From the NCBI GenBank assembly GCA_958431155.1, contig OY288106.1, positions 317,937-381,936 of the forward strand: a DNA stretch of 64,000 nucleotides. Direction: 5' to 3'. Origin of the DNA: an uncultured candidatus Porisulfidus sp. Its GTDB lineage: Bacteria > Pseudomonadota > Gammaproteobacteria > Poriferisulfidales > Poriferisulfidaceae. Below, piece after piece: positions 58,626 through 64,000 of this stretch (positions are counted from its first letter, which is position 1; every line of letters begins with the position of its first letter). A program made the translations under genes and the position numbers. Under the pieces are notes generated by a model that ran no database searches, was not told the origin of the DNA, and saw nothing but the letters and a program-made list of their open reading frames with translations.

Positions 58626-58655
58626 AAAGGGGCTAAATCGGCCCCTTTATTTCTT
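58626..58655 (+). terminator. Rho-independent terminator
   Basis: An 8-bp stem AAAGGGGC/GCCCCTTT with a 7-nt loop, followed by ATTTCTT. Confidence 0.65.
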
Positions 58656-58759
58656 ATATCTTCAACAGAATTGTGATGCCCTAAACCCCGATCAATCTGG
58701 CACATTAGATATTTGAAGTTGACGGGGCGTCAGCGGAACAGACAACCAAGAGGAGACTT

Positions 58760-59224
58760 ATGCCGACTTTCGTACGCACCGACAAATGTGATGGGTGCAA
58801 GGGCCAGGACAAAGCGGCCTGCATGTACATTTGTCCCCACGACCTGATGCGCTTGGACAAGGACGGTTCCGAGACCGGCCATGCCATGAAGGCGTACAAC
58901 CAGGAACCCGAACAGTGCTGGGAGTGCTATGCCTGCGTCAAGATCTGCCCGCAACAGGCGGTCGAATGTCGACATTACGCGGACGTCGTTCCGCTGGGTG
59001 CTTCGGTACAGCCGTTGCGTGGAACCGATTCCATCATGTGGCGCATCAAGTTTCGCAATGGCACCACGAAGCGCTTCAAGTTCCCGGTCCGCACCACGCC
59101 GGAAGGTTCGGCCGACCCGTACGGCGGCGAGAACGAGGCAGTGATGTCGGAAGGCAAGGATCACGGCACGCTTTTCACTAAAAGGACGCACAGCTGCGAC
59201 ATGTCGCAGTTTGTGGCCAGCTGA
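58760..59224 (+). CDS. aprB: Adenylylsulfate (APS) reductase beta subunit
   Basis: MPTFVRTDKCDGCKG...CMYICP and CWECYACVKICP ferredoxin clusters, and the conserved WRIKFRNG segment. Confidence 0.93.
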   Translation: MPTFVRTDKCDGCKGQDKAACMYICPHDLMRLDKDGSETGHAMKAYNQEPEQCWECYACVKICPQQAVECRHYADVVPLGASVQPLRGTDSIMWRIKFRNGTTKRFKFPVRTTPEGSADPYGGENEAVMSEGKDHGTLFTKRTHSCDMSQFVAS

Positions 59225-59245
59225 TCGACACGGAGTCGCAGGATC

Positions 59246-61213
59246 ATGGGAGAGTTCGGAAACCCCGAAATCGTAGAAGAAGAGGTTGATATCCTCATCA
59301 TCGGTGGCGGCATGGCTTGCTGCGGCGCGGCATTCGAAATCTCGCGCTGGGTGCAGAAGGCGCGCGAAGAGGGCACCGACCTCAAGGTCAAGTTGGTCGA
59401 CAAGGCTGCAATGGATCGCTCCGGTGCCGTGGCGCAGGGCCTGTCCGCGATTAATACCTACATGGGCGAGAACGATCCGTCGGAATACGTCCGTTACGTG
59501 CGTGGCGACCTGATGGGCATCGTGCGCGAGGACCTCGTGTACGACGTCGGCCGGCATGTCGATGACTCGGTACACAACTTCGAGAAATGGGGCCTCCCGA
59601 TCTGGAAACAGCCTGGGGACGAGGGCAAGCGGCTGGTCGACGGCGGCAAGCCGGTCCGCACCGGACGCTGGCAGATCATGATCAACGGCGAATCCTACAA
59701 GTGGATCGTGGCCGAGGCCGCCAAGAAGGCTCTGGGCACCGAGAACATCGAGGAACACGTCTTCATCGTGCGCCTGGTTACCGACAAGAACGACCCGAAC
59801 CGGGTGGCCGGTGCGGCAGGGTTCAGCGTTCGCGACGACCGGCTCTACGTCTACCGCTTCAAATGCTGCCTGCTGGCCTGCGGCGGTGCCGTCAATGTGT
59901 TCCGCCCGCGTTCCGTGGGCGAGGGCCTCGGACGGGCATGGTATCCGGTATGGAACGCCGGCTCCACCTACTCGATAGCGGCCGAGTGCGGCGCGGAGCT
60001 GACCATGATGGAGAACCGTTTCGTGCCCGCTCGCTTCAAGGACGGCTACGGCCCGGTGGGCGCCTGGTTCCTGCTGTTCAAGGCCAAGTCCATGAATGCG
60101 TTCGGTGAGAATTATCAGGCCAAGAACGCCGAGGATCTAAAGACCTACGGCTACGACGCCTACACCAACGGCCCGAAGATGGGAACCTGCCTGCGCAACC
60201 ACATGATGATGAAGGAGATGAAGGAAGGCCGCGGCCCGATCTTCATAGATACCCCTTCCGCGATGGCGCAACTGGCGGCAAGCATGACGCCGGAGGAGAT
60301 CAAGCATCTCGAGGCCGAGGCCTGGGAAGACTTCCTCGACATGACCATCGCCCAGTGCGGTGTCTGGGCGGGCGAGAACATCGAGCCGGACAAGGAGATG
60401 TCCGAATTGATGCCGACCGAACCCTACCTGCTGGGCTCGCATGCCGGCTGCGCCGGAATCTGGGCGTCCGGTCCCGAGGACATCCCGGGAACCCCCGACC
60501 ATTACCACTGGGGTTACAACCGGATGACCACCGTGTCCGGCCTGTTCACCGCTGGAGACGGCGTGGGCGCTTCCGGGCACAAGTTTTCCAGCGGTTCGCA
60601 TTCCGAGGGACGGATCGCGGCCAAGGCGATGGTGCAGTACGTGCTCGACCATCCGGGCCTCAAGCCCGAGCTGGGGCGTTCGGTGGAGGATATCGTGGAG
60701 GAGATCTACCGCCCGGTGCGCAACTTCCTCGAGCACAAGGACTACACCACGGCGATCGACGTCAACCCGCACTACATCACGCCGAAAATGTTCCAGCTCC
60801 GTCTGCAGAAAGTCATGGACGAGTACGTGGCCGGCGTCTCGACCCTGTACCAGACCAACAAGGTGATGCTGGAAATGGCCGAGAAGAAACTGGAAATGCT
60901 GCGCGAGGACTCGCTGAAGATGCGTGCGAAGGACCTGCATGAACTTCTGCGGGCGTGGGAGAACTACCACCGCCTGATCACGGCGTTCGCGCACATGAAG
61001 CACATCAAGTTCCGCGAGGAGACCCGCTATCCGGGTTACTACTACCGGGCGGACCACATGGACATCGACGACGAGAACTGGAAGTGTTTTGTCAACTCGA
61101 AGTTCGACCGACTCACCGGGAAATGGACTCTGCGGAAAGTCCCGTACGTGCAGTTGATTGAGGTGTCCGAAGACGAGCCAGCCGGAATGTCCCGTCCCGG
61201 CAGCGCCTGCTGA
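59246..61213 (+). CDS. aprA: Adenylylsulfate (APS) reductase alpha subunit
   Basis: FAD motif ILIIGGGMACCGAA and fumarate-reductase-type flavoprotein length. It lies immediately after aprB. Confidence 0.95.
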   Translation: MGEFGNPEIVEEEVDILIIGGGMACCGAAFEISRWVQKAREEGTDLKVKLVDKAAMDRSGAVAQGLSAINTYMGENDPSEYVRYVRGDLMGIVREDLVYDVGRHVDDSVHNFEKWGLPIWKQPGDEGKRLVDGGKPVRTGRWQIMINGESYKWIVAEAAKKALGTENIEEHVFIVRLVTDKNDPNRVAGAAGFSVRDDRLYVYRFKCCLLACGGAVNVFRPRSVGEGLGRAWYPVWNAGSTYSIAAECGAELTMMENRFVPARFKDGYGPVGAWFLLFKAKSMNAFGENYQAKNAEDLKTYGYDAYTNGPKMGTCLRNHMMMKEMKEGRGPIFIDTPSAMAQLAASMTPEEIKHLEAEAWEDFLDMTIAQCGVWAGENIEPDKEMSELMPTEPYLLGSHAGCAGIWASGPEDIPGTPDHYHWGYNRMTTVSGLFTAGDGVGASGHKFSSGSHSEGRIAAKAMVQYVLDHPGLKPELGRSVEDIVEEIYRPVRNFLEHKDYTTAIDVNPHYITPKMFQLRLQKVMDEYVAGVSTLYQTNKVMLEMAEKKLEMLREDSLKMRAKDLHELLRAWENYHRLITAFAHMKHIKFREETRYPGYYYRADHMDIDDENWKCFVNSKFDRLTGKWTLRKVPYVQLIEVSEDEPAGMSRPGSAC

Positions 61214-61284
61214 TGCTTGAGCAACAGTCGAAGGGAAGGGGCCCCGGCTTTCTTCCCCTGCCTCTTTAAGCGACAATCTTCCCC

Positions 61285-61614
61285 ATGGACATGCGGCAGA
61301 ACATCGTCGACAAGCTGCAGGCGCAGCTGGCGCCGGCCTACCTCGACGTGCAGGATGAGAGCCACATGCACAACGTCCCGCCCGGAGCGCAGTCGCATTT
61401 CAAGGTGACGGTGGCGGCGGCGGAGTTTGCCGGGCAATCGCTGGTGAACCGCCACCGGCGGGTGAACCGGATCCTGGCCGAAGAGCTGGCCGGGCAGGTG
61501 CATGCGCTGGCCCTGCACACCCTGAGCGAGGAGGAGTGGCAAGCCGACCCGGACGTGCCGGACAGCCCGCCGTGCCGTGGCGGCTCGAAGGTTCAGCCCA
61601 AGGTGCCGGCCTGA
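61285..61614 (+). CDS. BolA-family protein
   Basis: LDVQDESHMH...HFKVTVAAAEFAGQSLVNRHRRVNRIL...HALALHT is the BolA fold pattern. Confidence 0.8.
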   Translation: MDMRQNIVDKLQAQLAPAYLDVQDESHMHNVPPGAQSHFKVTVAAAEFAGQSLVNRHRRVNRILAEELAGQVHALALHTLSEEEWQADPDVPDSPPCRGGSKVQPKVPA

Positions 61615-61871
61615 CGGAACCCGCTGACCGGCTCCAGGATCTCGATCTCGCAGACCGCACCCGGTTCCAGGGCGAACCAGTCGCCGCCGCGCAGTTCAAT
61701 GGGAGCCTGGCCTTCCGCGTGAATCCGCAGGCGGCCGTCGAACAGGACATATTCCTCGAACGTGACCGCCTTGCGCGTGGTCCGGCCGATCGGAGCACTC
61801 CATTCCGGCCAGTCCTCCACCGCCCAGACTTCGAGTTTGCCGGGGGGCACTCGCTGTTCGTATCGAATCAT
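61593..61871 (-). CDS. Small cupin (DUF861/cupin_3-like)
   Basis: 92 aa. EEYVLFDGRLRIHAEG...GDWFALEPG is a typical single-cupin pattern. Confidence 0.7.
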   Translation of the reverse strand: MIRYEQRVPPGKLEVWAVEDWPEWSAPIGRTTRKAVTFEEYVLFDGRLRIHAEGQAPIELRGGDWFALEPGAVCEIEILEPVSGFRQAGTLG

Positions 61872-61889
61872 GGCCGACCGATCGGGACG

Positions 61890-62669
61890 CTACTGGCCGA
61901 GCCTGGCAGGGTTTCGCGGCGGTTCCGGCGGATGAGCCTTGAGGTCTGCCAGCAACTCGACCGCCAGTTTATGGGTGATGCGGCCGTAGGCGTCCTTCGA
62001 CGGTATCTCGACGGCACGGGTGAGCAGGTCGTACGCCTGCTGGTAGTTCGGGTCCCGATTCAGCAACAGGAGCCCATGCGCGTACCGGTAAAGCGTGGGG
62101 ATGTCGTGGGGTGCAAGTTCGAAGGCTCGTTCGAAATGGGCAAGCGCCTCCTTTTCGTTGGCTCCGTAGAGGATGCCCGCTATGACTCCTCCGCCGTGGC
62201 GGGCTTCCGCATGCCAGGAACCCAGACTGAAGTGGGCGGCCGCCATGTCCGGTTTTAGCCGGAGTGCTTCTTCAAGCGCCTCGTGCACTTTTTCCGGATA
62301 CCTCTTGTCAAATGCTTCTGAAATATCAACAGTTTGTGTGTATCTTCCGAGAGCATGTGCGAACTGTAGGTGGGCCTGCGGATTTCTCGGATCCAATCGG
62401 ACCGCCTCCTCTGCCAGTTGCGTCGCCCGTTCGAACAGGGACTGTTTCTGCTCGTCCTTTGCAAAGTGGTAGCCGTGGATCGCCAGGGATCGAGCCGCGA
62501 GGGCATAACCTTCGGAGGTTTCGAGGGATTCGGCGAGTTCGGCCGCCTCGACGAACCGGCCTTCGTCAAGAGCGGCACGTGCCGCTTCGATGGATTGCGC
62601 CCCGGCAGCACCGGCCAGCAGAATCGCGCACGCAGCGGTCAGGCAGGACAGGATAGAAGCCTTGATCAT
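61890..62669 (-). CDS. Secreted TPR/Sel1-like helical-repeat protein
   Basis: Signal peptide (ILSCLTAACAILLAGAAGAQS), followed by repeated helical hairpins. Confidence 0.6.
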   Translation of the reverse strand: MIKASILSCLTAACAILLAGAAGAQSIEAARAALDEGRFVEAAELAESLETSEGYALAARSLAIHGYHFAKDEQKQSLFERATQLAEEAVRLDPRNPQAHLQFAHALGRYTQTVDISEAFDKRYPEKVHEALEEALRLKPDMAAAHFSLGSWHAEARHGGGVIAGILYGANEKEALAHFERAFELAPHDIPTLYRYAHGLLLLNRDPNYQQAYDLLTRAVEIPSKDAYGRITHKLAVELLADLKAHPPEPPRNPARLGQ

Positions 62670-63070
62670 CGGATGTTCTCGCTCTGGGAGGAGGCTTCGG
62701 ATTCGCCGCCGAGCGCCTGTCTCATTTGGGTCTCGGTCACGGGTAATTCCAGAGTGGCGCGAAAAGCGTATCGCTCCCTGATTCTACCGAACTGTACCCG
62801 GTGTTCGGGCTCCATGATGACCAGGGTCTGGATTTCAGGGTTTCTCTGGACCAACGCGATCATTGACTCCAGGCTGCTGGTGCGGTCGCGGAAGTCGGAC
62901 TGGAAATTGAATTCGCAGACAATGACGTCGGGAGGTTGCCGCTTGATACTGATCAGCGCCTTGCGCATGGAAGTGCAGATCTCGACCGAGAATCCCAGTT
63001 CCCGGTACAGCGGCGTGAAATCAGGATAGCCGCCCAGCTCGATGATGGCGAGCAGGCGGCGTGCGCTCAT
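62666..63070 (-). CDS. Receiver-like (CheY-fold) protein lacking the canonical phospho-acceptor residues
   Basis: The beta-alpha pattern RLLAIIELGG / DVIVCEFNF / TLVIMEP / TLELPV has Glu where the acceptor Asp is expected and no acidic DD pair. Confidence 0.5.
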   Translation of the reverse strand: MSARRLLAIIELGGYPDFTPLYRELGFSVEICTSMRKALISIKRQPPDVIVCEFNFQSDFRDRTSSLESMIALVQRNPEIQTLVIMEPEHRVQFGRIRERYAFRATLELPVTETQMRQALGGESEASSQSENIR

Positions 63071-63645
63071 GCACTGTTCTCGGCTTGGGCTCCGGCTCCC
63101 GGATGGGGCGCGATGGTTCCGGTATGCACCCGACCGTTGCCGGGCCCGTGTTCAAGGTACAGTTCAAGGTTCGCCTGGATGACGTCGAAGGCGATGCTGT
63201 CCCAGGGAATGTCTTCCGGCGCAACCAGTTCGGTTTTGGAGGATTCCGATCCGGGCGCGGCCTTGCCGCCGACCAGAGTCCCGCAGTACATTGCGTAGAT
63301 CTGCGAAATATGCGGAAGGCTGTACATGGAGAACAGCTGGATGTCCGCGATTTCCGCATTGGCTTCTTCCATGCACTCACGGCGGGCGCATTCCTCAACG
63401 GTTTCGTGGTTCTCCATGAAGCCGGCGGGGAGCGTCCACAGCCCGAGCTTGGGCTTGATAGCGCGCTTGCACAGCAGGATCTCGCCCTCCCACTCCAAGA
63501 TGGCGCCCGCGACCATCAGGGGATTCTGGTAAATGATGTAGCCGCAGCGTCCGCACAGGTTGCGGCGCTTGGTGTCGCCGGGCGGAATCCGGTATTCGAG
63601 GCTGCCGGCACCGCACTGCGGACAGTAGAGGGGTTTGGCGTACAT
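63067..63645 (-). CDS. Nudix hydrolase with an N-terminal zinc ribbon
   Basis: CPQCG...CGRCG zinc ribbon and the Nudix box GFMENHETVEECARRECMEEANA. Confidence 0.85.
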   Translation of the reverse strand: MYAKPLYCPQCGAGSLEYRIPPGDTKRRNLCGRCGYIIYQNPLMVAGAILEWEGEILLCKRAIKPKLGLWTLPAGFMENHETVEECARRECMEEANAEIADIQLFSMYSLPHISQIYAMYCGTLVGGKAAPGSESSKTELVAPEDIPWDSIAFDVIQANLELYLEHGPGNGRVHTGTIAPHPGAGAQAENSA

Positions 63646-63657
63646 AAAGTCTCCGAG

Positions 63658-64000
63658 TTACGTGTTGCCAGTGGCGATGGGACGTTCAGGGTCCCGAATC
63701 CATTCGCTCCAGGAGCCGACGTACAGCCGCCCCGGCTCCAGTCCTGCGTACGCCATGGCCAACAGGTTATGGCAGGCGGTCACGCCGGAGCCGCAGGAAT
63801 GACAGACCGGGCGTGCATCCCCGGCGAGCGCCGCGAACCGCTGACGCAAGGTCTCGGGGGACTTGAAGCACCCGTTTTCATCGAGGTTTTCCTGGAAGGG
63901 CATGTTTTGGGATCCGGGAATGTGCCCGCCCACGGCATCAAGCGGTTCCTGTTGCCCGGAAAAACGCTCCGGGGCACGTGCGTCGATGAGTTGGACCTGA
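63658..64000 (-). CDS. sseA: 3-mercaptopyruvate/thiosulfate sulfurtransferase (rhodanese), C-terminal part; the gene continues beyond the window
   Basis: LIDARAPERFSG and the active-site loop CHSCGSGVTA (CGSGVTA type). The frame stays open to the window edge. Confidence 0.85.
   Translation of the reverse strand, partial: QVQLIDARAPERFSGQQEPLDAVGGHIPGSQNMPFQENLDENGCFKSPETLRQRFAALAGDARPVCHSCGSGVTACHNLLAMAYAGLEPGRLYVGSWSEWIRDPERPIATGNT

Noticed and set aside
1-64000. CRISPR arrays, tRNA, rRNA and tmRNA
   Set aside because: Reading the intergenic regions on both strands, I saw no regularly spaced direct repeats and no tRNA-like T-arm or acceptor patterns. RNase P RNA is the only structured RNA gene I can support.

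Overview
This window is a high-GC proteobacterial chromosome segment. Gene order (lptM-lysA, secA-argJ-mutT, hemCDXY, ubiG-gph) and aprBA suggest a gammaproteobacterial sulfur oxidiser, but that assignment is inference only. Most of it is conserved core. From start to end it holds: a TonB-dependent receptor; an orphan beta-class DNA methyltransferase; pntAA-pntAB-pntB; an endonuclease III-like gene; an SDR; rmuC; gph; ubiG joined to a six-gene TonB2-type energy-transduction cluster; a GPP34-like gene; lpoA and rsmI; RNase P RNA; a complete dcw cluster (mraZ to ftsZ, then lpxC); a DUF721/DciA-like gene; an M23 peptidase; secA; argJ; a Nudix-TenI fusion; hemYXDC; argH; an esterase; lptM-lysA; aprBA; bolA; and a small Nudix/pseudo-receiver/TPR operon. 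It ends in a partial mercaptopyruvate-sulfurtransferase-type rhodanese gene. Two short, visibly AT-richer inserts interrupt this core. The first (about 10190-11375) splits the usual ubiG-gph pair and carries a frameshifted all-alpha, possibly HEPN-like gene. The second (about 50780-54240) lies between the hemC side and argH. It is a patchwork of a probable N-terminal stump of a giant methyltransferase-type defence gene, a long structured leader, an intact orphan 344-aa protein with two C-terminal TM helices, a frameshifted Phd/YefM-type antitoxin with no toxin, and a solo TnpB element whose 3' end overlaps the argH start codon. The intact 2-TM protein is the best candidate here for an undescribed function (a single-gene abortive-infection or pore effector), but I cannot show it is a working system. 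I saw no CRISPR array, tRNA or rRNA. The many long ORFs antisense to core genes are high-GC shadow frames.
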